Part shown: positions 1-8,815 of the stretch, piece by piece
Numbering within the stretch: the first letter of the stretch is position 1
Layout of the letters: every line of letters begins with the position of its first letter
NCBI GenBank assembly: GCA_029258835.1
Contig: JAPDJY010000055.1
Coordinates: forward strand, 1-24,452
Source: Thermoproteota archaeon
Lineage (GTDB): Archaea; Asgardarchaeota; Jordiarchaeia; Jordiarchaeales; Freyrarchaeaceae
Length of the DNA: 24,452 nt
Direction: 5' to 3'
Notes under the pieces: generated by a model
Database searches by the model: none
What the model saw: the letters and a program-made list of their open reading frames with translations, nothing else
What the model was told of the DNA's origin: nothing
Translations under genes and position numbers: made by a program

Positions 1-2
1 CC

Positions 3-140
3 CTCGAACTAGCTAAAAGCCTCGAGAGGGCGGCGAAAGTGTACGTTATAGCGTCAATCCTAGGAGAACCCCACATGCTACCAGAGAAAACGCTAAAGGA
101 CGGAGCAGCAGTCTACGAACTACTCAGGAAAGCAACATGA
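3..140 (+). CDS. 3' end of a probable class II aldolase/adducin family protein (partial, runs off the left edge)
   Basis: Frame 3 reads LELAKSLERAAKVYVIASILGEPHMLPEKTLKDGAAVYELLRKAT* (TGA at 138-140). This resembles the C-terminal helix of fuculose-phosphate-aldolase-like proteins (A..LE..A++Y..A...G.P..L). The metal-binding His residues lie outside the window. Confidence 0.5.
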   Translation, partial: LELAKSLERAAKVYVIASILGEPHMLPEKTLKDGAAVYELLRKAT

Positions 141-835
141 TAAATAAAAATTAAAACCTTGACCAGCATCGCCTACATGGGATGATCCTTTAGGGTGGAA
201 CTCGCAGCCCGCTCATAAACCATACGGCCACCAAAAAGGTTGAAATGTTAAAGCCGGAAGCTCCTCCACCATTTAGAACCCACCTCCTCCCCGTCGCCGC
301 CACCCTACCCCCATTTCCGCAACGCCTTCGTCACGCGTAAGAGAGAAACTTAACCATTTAATCATCCAGCCCTAGGAGAGAAGGGTCAAGGACGGCTCCG
401 ACAAAGTAAGGTGCCATAAGCAGAGTTAGTGGAACACTTCAGCAAGAACCAATGGAAGTTAAGCTTAGTTCGATGCCAAAAGCCACCATCCATATGAAGT
501 AAGAAAAGAGAGGAAGGAAGATGCGAAGCCCATGATGCCACCGGGGCAAATCAGCCATATTACCGCCACACAGAATTGCGTGGAATAACGGAAAGGTTCA
601 GGCTTCTCCGCCAAGCAGGCGAGTAGTGGTGTCGAGTTCGCATTGGAAGGAAATTTTCTCCTTTTTAAGTTCTCTCTGCTAAGAGAAGTCACTTGAATGG
701 AGGATATGGGGGGCTCCTAGAACCCTTTTAAGAATAATTGAGTAATTCTGACTTAGATCATTGTAACTATTAAAGAAAGTAGCCTAGAAAAATTTTTTAA
801 GATTTAAAAGGATACTTAAATCATTTAGATATGAC

Positions 836-1219
836 ATGGTGTTGTTGCAGATGTCTGAAGAGTTGATTGCTTCGGTTGCTAAGGCTTTTTCTTACACCTT
901 TAGGTTTCTAAGGGAGAACTCTCCAGGGATGAGGATTCTGCTTAAAATAGTGGGGAATGAGCTTAACGCTTACGAGGACGAGGAGCTCGCTTGGATCATT
1001 GTAAGGGACCCCGAAAGGTTTTACATGGCTCTCCTCAACGTTCTAGGTTCACGGATCGTCACGAACGCTTACGCTTACATTATCATGAACACGTTCTTCA
1101 GGAGAGTTAACGTTAAGGCGTCGATGTTTAAGGTTTCAACGGCTATCCACAGGGGGAGCATGGAAATGTGGCGTAGGCTCATGAGGGAGGTCATGGATAA
1201 GATTTCAGGGGAAGGCTAG
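836..1219 (+). CDS. Hypothetical protein (weak resemblance to small helical archaeal DUF3227-like proteins)
   Basis: 127-aa ORF after an AT-rich promoter-like tract (~790-825), convergent with and overlapping the stop of the ATPase. It contains a [12 protein letters not shown] motif. The start may be ATG 851. Confidence 0.65.
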   Translation: MVLLQMSEELIASVAKAFSYTFRFLRENSPGMRILLKIVGNELNAYEDEELAWIIVRDPERFYMALLNVLGSRIVTNAYAYIIMNTFFRRVNVKASMFKVSTAIHRGSMEMWRRLMREVMDKISGEG

Positions 1220-3438
1220 CCGGGGTAGTGTGCACCCGCCCTTACAGGTACTGTCAGCGCGTTAGCCACCACCGCCAAGCTTAACCCTAGGTTCCCTACA
1301 CCTATGGCTATCCAGAGTGTTGTTAGCCCTATGATGGTTAACGCTACGAGAGCCAGCTTTATAATAATCGACGCGGCGACGTTCTCCTTCACCACCCTCA
1401 TTGTCTTCCTGCTTAAATCTAACAGGTAAACTATCTTTGAGAGCTTATCTTCCATCAGCGCTATGCTGGCTGTCTCGAGTGCCACGTCGCTCCCCATCGC
1501 CCCCATCGCTATCCCGACGGCCGCCCTTGCGAGGCTTGGAGCATCGTTGACCCCATCGCCAACCATCACAACACCATATTTCCCATCTAACCCCTCTACT
1601 ACCTTAACCTTCTCGTGGGGTAGCAAGTCGGGGTTCACGCTTGATAGGGTTTTTATGGGTAAACGGTTTTGGTCTATCAAGCGTTTCCCCGTCATCGAGG
1701 CGGGCGCCTCTGTTAGGGCTTTCGGGGTAACCCCGGAGCCCCACATCCGAAGACTCCACCCACAGGCCACCCTGTGGCCAGACCAGCACCCACAAACACC
1801 TACCAAACATTTAACTGTTTCGCAAGGCGTAGTACTCGTCGACTCCGAGCTCTTTAGCCACGGTTCTGACAGCTTTCTCGTTGTCACCACTCACTATAAC
1901 GGCCTTCATCCTCCTTCTCTTAAGCTCCGTAACACGGTAGTATGCGTCATCCTTAATGGTATCCTCGAGAACTATTACGCCCATTAGGGTGCTGTCTGAC
2001 CCGACGAACACCATGGTTCCGCCGTCAATGCTTGGGATGGTCGCTCCATCGAAGAGCTTCCTGTTGCCTACAAGGTAACGTACACCGTCAACTTTCCCCG
2101 CGACACCCTTACCCGGGATGACCGTGAATTCCTCGACCTTTCCGAGGGTGACCCCGAGCCGGGAAGCCTCCTCCACCACCGCTTTGGCTATCGGGTGCTC
2201 CGAGAAGAACTCGAGGGAGGCTGCAACCCTTAAAACATCTTCTAGGTTGCCGTCGGAGTTTAACGGGATGACCCTGGACACCTTCAGCCTTCCCTCCGTT
2301 AACGTTCCAGTTTTGTCGAAGGCGAAAGCCTTAATCCGGGATAAGGTCTCAACGTAGGCTCTGCCTTTAACCAGTACGCCTTCCCTTGCAGCCCCGGTGA
2401 TGGATGAAACCATCGTTACGGGGGTTGATATGGCTAGGGCGCACGGGCAAGATACGACTAGGAGGATGAGCGCCCTGTAAATCCACGGCGTTAACGGATG
2501 GCCAAACACCAGCGGGGGACCGCTGCCACTAGGAAGGCTGTGAGGATTACGAGTGGGGTGTAGTAGCGGGAAAACCTGTTAATGAACTTTTCAGTCGGAG
2601 CCCTCCTCTTCTCTGCTTCCCCGATGATCTTCACTATTTTCGAGTATAGGGTTTCGCTGGCAGGTTTCGTCACCTTAACCTTAATGTAGCCCTCATTGTT
2701 CATTGTCCCGACGTAGATCTCGTCGCCAACAGCCTTCCTGACCGGGACGGACTCGCCGGTTATCGATGACTGGTCGACGCTTGTCTCGCCTTCAACAACC
2801 ATCCCATCCAGAGGAATCTTCTCTCCAGGCTTAACCAGGACCACCTCCCCAACGCCTACACTGTGAGCGTGCACGAGCACCTGCTCACCGTCCCTTAGCA
2901 CCGTTGCAACGTCGGGGGCGGCCCCCATAAGCTTCTTAACAGAGCCTTTAACGCGCCCCTCAGCGTACTCCTCCAGCAGTTCAACCAGCATGAAGAGTAT
3001 TGCTACGGATGCACCCTCCTCAAGGTGTCCTATGGCGAAAGCCCCAACTATGGCGACGGTGACGAGAAGGTTAATCGTGACACGCCTCCCCTTAACCAGA
3101 TCCCTGACACCCGCCACGACGATCTGGCAGCCTGAAGTGGCTGCTGCCGCCGCGAAGGGCAACTTCACCATTAAAGGCTCCCAGGGGGCAAGCGCCGGAA
3201 GGGAAAGGGTTGACGATAAGTACTCTAGCAGTTGAAGGTAGACTCGCTGGGGAAGGAGAATGTACGAGTTGGCATAATAGTGTTCAAGCAGGAACCCTGC
3301 CCCCATCAGGACGGCGGAGACAGCTATGACAGCTACCTGCCTACCTAAATGCTTCTCCTCTCCTGCTTCCTCCAATTCAACCCTGCAAACGGGGCACTCG
3401 GCTTCAAGCAGGTGCAAGCGGCACACCCACGTAAGCAT
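1216..3438 (-). pseudogene. Heavy-metal-translocating P1B-type ATPase (CadA/ZntA-like, P1B-2), disrupted
   Basis: Three ORF pieces carry, in order, TGES, SCPCAL, DKTGTLT, EHP, SGDN and GDGVNDAP. Break 1 is a 1-bp shortfall in the G5 run at 2514-2518 (restores AAVPPLVFGHP). Break 2 is a 196-bp insertion at 1630-1825 (removal restores DEYYA-D-LLPHEK). The P1B-2 Lys is present (IIKL), but the last-helix Asp appears replaced by Asn (GNLG). Confidence 0.92.
1630..1825 (-). mobile_element. 196-bp non-autonomous mini-element (MITE-like), probably derived from an IS200/IS605- or IS607-family tnpB element
   Basis: Precise insertion between codons GCC and GAC of the ATPase, with a 2-bp GG ambiguity at the junctions (1630-1631 / 1826-1827) and no terminal inverted repeats. 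It has at least four hairpins (1637-1647/1674-1684 perfect 11 bp; 1697-1710; 1716-1741; 1760-1777). The minus-strand reading HRVAC...[13 protein letters not shown] resembles archaeal TnpB C-termini. The insertion itself is certain; the family is inferred. Confidence 0.8.
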
Positions 3439-3440
3439 GA

Positions 3441-3502
3441 GGGGGAAATGTTATTAATTTAATGCTAAGCAATGGGGGGAAATTATTAAATGTTAATAAA
3501 TT
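3441..3502. promoter_or_regulatory. Divergent promoter region between the ATPase and nikR, with a candidate operator
   Basis: Perfect palindrome TTATTAA-atg-TTAATAA (3483-3499) and an imperfect direct repeat GGGGAAAT(gt)TATTAA (~3441-3457 and ~3476-3490) in a 94-bp AT-rich divergent gap. Confidence 0.5.
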
Positions 3503-3532
3503 CTTTTATCAAACATGTGGATGGTGATCTGG

Positions 3533-3931
3533 TTGACCGTGATAAGCGTCTCCCTAGACCCGATCCTTCTCAAAAGACTCGACCAGTTCATAGCGGAAAG
3601 GGGCTACTCTAGCAGGTCCGAGGCTATAAGGGACGCCGTCAGAAACTTCCTCTCCGAGTATGAGATAAGAAGAGCTGAGAGAGGAAAGGTGATCTCAGCG
3701 ATAATAATAATGTGGGAGTATGAGAGAAGGGAGGTCGACGAGCAGCTTGCAAGGCTACGCCACGAGTACGACGAGATAGTAACAGGAAACATGCACATGC
3801 ACCTGGCAAGAACGTATTGCCTCGAAATACTGGTTGCTGAGGGAGAGCTCGAAGAAATATACAAGCTAATAGGCAGGGTGAGGGCGATAAAGGGAGTGCA
3901 GCAGGTCAAGTACACTTCAGTCCAAATATGA
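3533..3931 (+). CDS. nikR: NikR-family nickel-responsive regulator (RHH + ACT-like domain)
   Basis: N-terminal RHH (VISVSL...LD.FI..RGYSSRSEAIRDAVR). The four square-planar Ni ligands are spaced as in NikR (RHEY...MHMHL....CLEI, equivalent to H76/H87/H89/C95). Likely start is TTG 3533 after GGTGAT; the ORF track starts at 3515. Confidence 0.9.
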   Translation: MTVISVSLDPILLKRLDQFIAERGYSSRSEAIRDAVRNFLSEYEIRRAERGKVISAIIIMWEYERREVDEQLARLRHEYDEIVTGNMHMHLARTYCLEILVAEGELEEIYKLIGRVRAIKGVQQVKYTSVQI

Positions 3932-4281
3932 AAGATGGTTCAGGCAGGCTTCCTCAGCGCCTCCAACGTCTTCTCCATGGAGAGAAGCACCAGCCCATCT
4001 AGCGCCCCTCTTTAACAAGCACGACAGTATCGGAGGATCAGCCCCACAACTATCATTCCCCCTTCTTTCCCTCAATGACAACTTCATGACCAGTGGTCTT
4101 CTTTATGCTAGAAGATGAAAAGGGCATTACTGCTAGACAGAATGATGACGGAAAAGTAGCTTTCGCCCTCCACCATCCGAGCGTAATCGAACGACATCAT
4201 AAAAGAAGCAAACTTAAGAAGTTAATATCTGGCAAATATTACTGAAAACACTTTAAATACTTTCCAAGTAAAAATATTATC

Positions 4282-5097
4282 ATGGTGGCCGCGTTGACCC
4301 TTAAGGACGAGTTCCTGGATCTGCTGGAGAAGGATAGGGAGTTCAGGTACGCAGTCCTGGGCTACCTGGGACTAGACGAAATAATAAAGAGAATGGACAC
4401 ACACCAGCAAACAATCCAGAAAATACTGGAAAGACTGGAAAAAGCAGAAGAAGAAAGAACACAAATAAGAAGAGAACAAACAAAAACATGGAAAGAAATC
4501 AAAGCCCTCAGAGAGGAGCAGACGAGGATCTGGGAGGAGGTCAGGGGGCTCAGAGAGGAGCAGGTCAGGCTCAGAGAGGAGCAGACGAGGATCTGGGAGG
4601 AGGTCAGGGGGCTCAGAGAGGAGCAGGTCAGGCTCAGAGAGGATTTTAATAGGATGCTTGGAAGGATTGAGGGATTGGAGGTTTTGTATGGCCGTTTGGA
4701 TAATCGTCTTGGAAGGGTTGAGGCGACCTTGGAGAAGCTTACGTTGGATATTGAGGAGGAGGCTAGGTCTGTTGTGAGGTGGAGGCTTCGCGAGATGGGG
4801 TATGAGGTTGACTTGGATGTGTTGAGTGTTCCCGAGGTTGAGGTGAACCTGTATGGTGTTACGGATGACCTGTGTGTTATAGGGGAGGCTAGTGTCAGAG
4901 CGGGGGTTAGGTTGATAGATGAGGTGGTTAAGAAAGCCAGTTTTCTCAGCAGGAAGTATCCTGAGAAGGTTAGGCCGAAGAAGATACTTGTTGTATACAC
5001 GTCTTGGATTACGCCTGAAGCCGTGGAAAGGGCGAAAAAGGAAGAAGTATGGGTGGTAAAAGCAACAGGAGACGTAACACCAGCAAAAATACAATAA
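4282..5097 (+). CDS. Coiled-coil (heptad-repeat) protein with a C-terminal degenerate PD-(D/E)XK-like domain
   Basis: N-terminal LKDEFLDLLEKDREFRYAVLGYLGL cap typical of archaeal repeat-family coiled-coil proteins, then a long heptad region, then EVNLYG...CVIGEASVR and a W+T.EA.E.AK...VW+V tail. TTTAAATA TATA box at ~4252-4259. Confidence 0.85.
   Translation: MVAALTLKDEFLDLLEKDREFRYAVLGYLGLDEIIKRMDTHQQTIQKILERLEKAEEERTQIRREQTKTWKEIKALREEQTRIWEEVRGLREEQVRLREEQTRIWEEVRGLREEQVRLREDFNRMLGRIEGLEVLYGRLDNRLGRVEATLEKLTLDIEEEARSVVRWRLREMGYEVDLDVLSVPEVEVNLYGVTDDLCVIGEASVRAGVRLIDEVVKKASFLSRKYPEKVRPKKILVVYTSWITPEAVERAKKEEVWVVKATGDVTPAKIQ
4507..4643 (+). repeat. Perfect 63-bp in-frame tandem repeat (2.2 copies; 21 aa = 3 heptads)
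   Basis: 4507-4569 is identical to 4570-4632, followed by a partial copy CTCAGAGAGGA at 4633-4643. It encodes LREEQTRIWEEVRGLREEQVR twice. Confidence 0.95.
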
Positions 5098-6089
5098 AGC
5101 GATCTAAACGACCTCCAGTTCCCTTTAACCCGTTTACAAGATAAGAACTCATTAAGTTTGCTGTTCAATTGTAATTTTTTCAATTGTAACTTTTTATAGG
5201 TTCATAGGGCAGAATTTGGAGCATTTGCTGCTTTGATTCGTTAATGAATTCATGATTCAATGATGGTCTTTCTTATGCTGTCGCTAGGTAAGGCTTAAAG
5301 TGTCTTTAAAATTCTCTGGCTTTTATGTGTTAATATTCCTGAGCGGGCTTGAAACGTCACTCTTAGTATTCATATTCATTGTTCTTTTCCTAGCTCTCTT
5401 ATCTTGGAGGAGAGGGGTAGGTTTCTAAAGAAAAACATCTTTCCTTAAGCTCTATCGAAAAGGGTTTCTATTGTATTTCGGCTTCTACTGGTGCCGGCTG
5501 CCCTTCTAATGATGCCTAATGATGCTAAAGAAAACTCGTGTTCATGTCTTTTTCGATTCTTCTTTTCAAGGAAAGATATATTTTTCCTTCAAAGATTTGC
5601 AGATTTAAGTTGGTAGTTGCTTTTTTGATTAACTGAAGTTTTAGGTGATTCCGAGCTGTCTTTCCAGTTCTTTATAGTCTTTTTCAAGCGTATACAGTTT
5701 ATTTACGTCTTTGATCCTAGGACATTTGGACAAGAGGAGGTGATGACACATACGACCTGTGGAATAGCGTGCTTAAGCTTCGGCAAGGCTTGATGGATGT
5801 TTCCACTAGGAATGAACAGTACTGATGAGATGGCAAGGAGCATCCGCCATGGAAAGAGCTATTCGATACGTTCACTAGGGGAAAAGGTTGATGGATTACG
5901 GCAAAATCAGTGGAAGCAGAATTTCATCAGAAGCCCCGAAACCACCGATTTCATCAGGAAAACTCTTATTGCTTCCCTTCGCCAGATCAGGTGTAATAAG
6001 GTTCGGTTGTCCCTTCGACCCCGAACAACTTGTTCAGAAAGAATTCTCAAAGAAATGCCTTCCACCTTCCCCTCTATTTTTCAGCTCTC

Positions 6090-6768
6090 TCATATCTTAA
6101 TTTTTTCTCCCCTCAGAATCCGCTCAGGCAGTTCCTTTCTCAACCGGTCGAGTAGAGGCTTTACTTGACTCAGCTCCTTCTCCACCTGCTTCCTGGAAAG
6201 CTGCCTTACTCCGGACTTGTCCACGGTCACGATGTTTATGGGGCCACCGCAGTCGATGCATATCTCGCTCACGGCCTGAATCACGTATATGAGCAGGGGT
6301 ATGGCTTGCTGAACTGTTATTTCAGGAAAGTAGAAGTCTTTCATTAGCGTCTCGGCTGCGTCCGTACCGGAACCAGCACTCCCAGGTCCGCATCTCATGG
6401 ACGTATATCTCCCCATGGTCCACGGCCCAAAGGCAGACGTCGCCATCCACAACCCCTGCGATCAATATCTGCCTTTCCCTCACAGCATCCTCCCCGGCCT
6501 CCTTAGCCAGGTCAAGCAGCGTTTGCTCGATAAGCTGACACGCTTTAACCTTATCCAGCTTGACCCTCCCTCCACGTTCTGAATTGCCACCTCCAATCTC
6601 CTTGAGAAGGCCTCGCCAAGCGTCGGGTTGCCAGCATACATCCCCACAAACCGGTTCGCCACAATGTTCGCCTTAGGCCAAAACCGGAAGTAGTTAACCC
6701 CCGTCTCTTGGCTGTCGCATGCGAGAACAGCCCCCGTCAGTGCACCTAAGACCAACCAACACTGTCAC
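6090..6768 (-). pseudogene. Proteasome-beta/HslV-like Ntn-hydrolase without propeptide, three frameshifts
   Basis: Reconstructed from GTG 6768: MTVLVGLRCTDG/AVLACDSQET...WPKAN...GMYAG.../...RQILIAGVVDG...TWEC/GSGTDAAETLM...QAIPLLIYVIQAVSEICIDCGGPINIVTV. Equivalents of Thr1, Asp17, Lys33 and GSG are present. Shifts fall at C5 6731-6735, ~6563-6572 and ~6375. Confidence 0.8.
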
Positions 6769-6919
6769 GTTACCCTACCCTCCCACTCTTCTAGGGTTCT
6801 CCTCCTAAACTTTAATTTTAATGTACCGATAAACTTTTCACCGATAGACAGGCTTTAACCATCCTACTGGCACGTCGGCTGTGCCGTTAATGAAGTCTAC
6901 ACACAACGAGGTAAGCTCT

Positions 6920-7130
6920 CCTCGGGTTAAGTGGAAGTTGCATTTATCTGGTTCTCATGTGAGAGGTGGTGCTGGAGTGGGATCTAACATCGACGTTCTC
7001 GTAGCGGTGGACGAGAATGTTGACGTCAGGATAGGGGGGTCGTTCATGACGTCGCCTATGAAATTAGTCTTGAGTACGCTTGACGAGGAAATTCACACGC
7101 TCGTTCGACCACCTCCATTCATTAAATTGC
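6920..7130 (+). pseudogene. Degenerate minimal nucleotidyltransferase (MNT) relic
   Basis: LHLSGSHVRGGAGVGSNIDVLVAVDE is a decayed GS-x10-DxD motif (D to N). After a shift near G6 7034-7039 it continues VHDVAYEISLEY, typical of archaeal MNTs. Confidence 0.7.
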
Positions 7131-7831
7131 CCGTAAAGTTGCTTTGTCCTTGTGTGATTTCCTCCTGCCGTACTTAGAGATGTGAAGGGTGACACTTGGG
7201 TTGTCTGTAGCGTTAGGGCGGGATTTTGCCGGTTGGGCCGGGAGCCTCGACCGAGGGTTCGATAGCTTCGTGAGGGTTTAGAGTCCCGTTTTTCCATAAA
7301 CGTTTACCCTCTTAATGACGTTTTGTAGATCTCTTAAGGAAGCTGGATGGGTCTTCTAGTGCTGGTGAGAAGTTGGAATTTGATTTGGTTGGGTCTCTAA
7401 TTTTTGTTAGATTTGTATGGGGAGTTGACTGTTGTTTTGTTAATTTTATTGTTATGTTTTGGAGGCAAAGTGAGCCTTGCTTGTAAATGGACTTTATTAG
7501 GCTATTCAGCGACGATTCCTTGAGTGTTTCCTGTACGCTGACCTAGTGGTTCTTATCCTTTCGGAGTATGTGGATGGCTGCCGCTATGGGTGCTGCCGTA
7601 CCTAGGAGAAGTGTGGTGCTGCGGATCCCGGGTGTGCAGAGGGGGTTGTTGCCGGTTAGGTGGGAAAATCCGTTCACTTTTGTCCATGGAAGTTCATGCC
7701 TATGACTATGAGGGGGCACAGGGTATCTGTACTCATTGCAGAGCCCGAGCTCCGCGTATCGTGAAGTCTATTTTCCTCTCTGGCTGCTTCTCCCCTGTGC
7801 TTATGTGCTGACAACGCCTAGAGGTGGGAAA

Positions 7832-8815
7832 TTATGTTTTGAACCGTCTTTTCCATAATCCTCGTCCAACTGTTTCCACGAACCACCTGATAAATTCTTC
7901 TTCAGCATGCAAGAGAATCTGGGAAAGTGAAAGTTCCCCGTAAGTTTCAGGTTCGTAAGCTCTCCACGCGAACCATTCGACGAAGTCCACGAATGTATCT
8001 TTGTTTATAAGGTCGTCAATGTCGATTAGAAGTAGGCGGCCGTGACGTGAGAAGTATATCCCAACCCTTTCAATCTCGCATTCTATTCTCGTTTCCGCTC
8101 CTGTGACGTATATTCCGTCCAGCAGGTATAGAATGTAGTAGCCTACCAGTTGGTGGAGGTAGTCTTCTTTTAGCTTAGGGTACTTCGTAGTTTTCACTTC
8201 TATGATTGCGTTGTCTATGACTAGGTCACAGTCTGCTCCTCCAACAAGCATGGACGCATACCCGAAGGTCGGGTTTAACACGCATGTTTTTTCCGCCTTG
8301 AACATTGACGGGTTAACTATTGAGATGAGATTTCTTAGGTCTTCAACATCCCCCTCATCTATAACGTCCAGCTCTATGTCGGTTCTCCCTGACCTATACA
8401 CCGAGTCGAGCTTAGCTAACCGTATCGCAGATTTAATCAGTTCATCAGTGATCTCTCCGTCTTTCATAAAGTAGCCTTGCAGTCGCCTAGCGTTTTCAAC
8501 GGCTTCCCTCGCTTTCTCGTAAAGATCTGGATCCTCGAAGGCGTCATACGGAATAACAAGAGCGCCGTTTATTCTCTTTGGAGCTAATAGTCTAGTCGCG
8601 ATCTCAGCGACCCATACCCCCTCGTGGGCATCAGGATTTAAACGTTTAACATAGAATCTGAGAAGATAGTCGAATGCTGTTCCGACGAGAGCGTAATGGC
8701 TCGTTATGGGTGGAGCCAATAGTTTCCATTGAAGCTTCATTTTCGGCTTCTCAATTTCACGTCTAAAACGCTTCTTTACATCGTTTTTCTTTATGAAGGA
8801 TGTTAAACTCAACAT
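7832..8815 (-). CDS. PD-(D/E)XK (RecB-type) nuclease family protein
   Basis: 327-aa ORF with GTAFDY (motif I-like), GADCDL (II), IIEVKT (III) and HQLVGY (QxxxY). It lacks the Cas4 cysteine cluster. Confidence 0.8.
   Translation of the reverse strand: MLSLTSFIKKNDVKKRFRREIEKPKMKLQWKLLAPPITSHYALVGTAFDYLLRFYVKRLNPDAHEGVWVAEIATRLLAPKRINGALVIPYDAFEDPDLYEKAREAVENARRLQGYFMKDGEITDELIKSAIRLAKLDSVYRSGRTDIELDVIDEGDVEDLRNLISIVNPSMFKAEKTCVLNPTFGYASMLVGGADCDLVIDNAIIEVKTTKYPKLKEDYLHQLVGYYILYLLDGIYVTGAETRIECEIERVGIYFSRHGRLLLIDIDDLINKDTFVDFVEWFAWRAYEPETYGELSLSQILLHAEEEFIRWFVETVGRGLWKRRFKT

Noticed and set aside
465-692. 75-aa minus-strand ORF
   Set aside because: No motif and no clear translation signal.
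1463-3235. Plus-strand ORFs 1463-1987, 2118-2357 and 2990-3235, and minus ORF 1604-1810
   Set aside because: Antisense shadows of the ATPase or read-through of the inserted element; no independent motifs.
4507-4643. Possible CRISPR array
   Set aside because: The repeats are contiguous, in frame and lack unique spacers. No CRISPR array or cas gene was seen in the window.
4362-5183. Long minus-strand ORFs 4362-5183 and 4372-5094
   Set aside because: Antisense to the coiled-coil gene; they stay open because of the repeat and skewed composition.
5641-5720. Minus-strand RIKDVNKLYTLEKDYKELERQLGIT*, resembling a PIN-domain C-terminus
   Set aside because: Only ~25 aa with no upstream PIN motifs; too short to call.
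5797-6168. 123-aa plus-strand ORF
   Set aside because: No recognisable motif and it overlaps the 3' end of the proteasome-like gene; probably decayed DNA.
7217-7296. tRNA-like stretch (GCGGGAT...GTCCCGT stem, GGGTTCGAT, terminal CCA)
   Set aside because: The arms are not in cloverleaf order and the T-stem does not pair properly. It may be a weak hairpin but is not a supportable tRNA or att site.
7832-8815. Cas4 assignment for the nuclease
   Set aside because: It lacks the four-Cys Fe-S cluster motif and any CRISPR context.
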